From: a virus
Lineage: Duplodnaviria; Caudoviricetes
Length of the DNA stretch: 56,377 nt
Strand: one strand, 5' to 3'
Virus record (IMG/VR): IMGVR_UViG_3300042465_002016
Coordinates: 1 to 56,377 of that record
The notes beneath the pieces are model-generated. The model was not told the origin of the DNA. It searched no databases and worked only from the letters and a program-made list of their open reading frames with translations. Shown here one piece after another: positions 56,001-56,377 of this stretch. Both the position numbers and the translations under genes were made by a program. The first letter of the stretch is position 1, and each line of letters opens with the position of its first letter.

Positions 56001-56357
56001 TTAGTGTCGGAAGATTCCCACTTCGACATTGTTTAATTCTGCAACCTCAAATAGTTTTGAAGTTGGTTGCTTTGGATTACTTAAGAATGCAAAATAGTTT
56101 ACATAAGATATATTTTCTTCTACCCAATTTGTTGGAGCTTTGTAAAATTTAATCTTACGACCTCTTGCCTTCATGCCTCTTTCTGAGAGATTAGAAAATT
56201 CAGAAACAAATGCGTGAACCTTTGCTGGCCCAACTGAATATATTGTAAAGTCTGTATCTTCTTTTCTCATGCTCGATAAGGCAACGCTCATTGCACGAAG
56301 AAAGACTTGATAATCATCAAAGTCGTTCGTTCCCTGAACTACCACTATCATTTGCAT
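56001..56357 (-). CDS. Hypothetical protein, possibly SLOG/DUF2493-like
   Basis: VVVQGT..F.DY N-terminal strand-Gly pattern. Confidence 0.5.
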   Translation of the reverse strand: MQMIVVVQGTNDFDDYQVFLRAMSVALSSMRKEDTDFTIYSVGPAKVHAFVSEFSNLSERGMKARGRKIKFYKAPTNWVEENISYVNYFAFLSNPKQPTSKLFEVAELNNVEVGIFRH

Positions 56358-56377
56358 CTCTTCCCTGTAAGTTGTCT

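Overview
This window is a ~56 kb fragment of a large, AT-rich tailed dsDNA phage. The host is most likely an actinobacterium: the phage encodes a WhiB-family regulator and carries leaderless-type promoters and actinobacterial regulatory motifs. The low GC content would fit freshwater acI/Nanopelagicales, but this is inference. Layout: (1) 1-29.3 kb, mostly minus strand: prohead protease (truncated), portal, class II RNR, six prolyl-4-hydroxylase-like 2OG-Fe(II) oxygenases next to two near-identical FN3 proteins with a PFFPPFFPPFFPFFPYF linker and different Cys-rich tips, then tail/fibre genes, a lytic transglycosylase and a GT32. (2) 29.9-42.8 kb: a divergent early-type region of small ORFs built from repeated regulatory modules. 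These include 15 TGTCAG-N10-TANNNT promoters matching the actinobacterial PafBC/RecA-NDp DNA-damage promoter architecture, helically phased CRP boxes, 8 intergenic CCCGGG sites and covarying mini-pseudoknots after stop codons. (3) 42.8-43.8 kb: a repeat-rich, largely non-coding, origin-like segment with DnaA boxes. (4) 44-56 kb: four tRNAs (a fifth lies at 39.3 kb), a glycosyl/methyltransferase operon, membrane proteins and whiB. All motif counts were made by eye and all family calls come from recalled motifs, not database searches.
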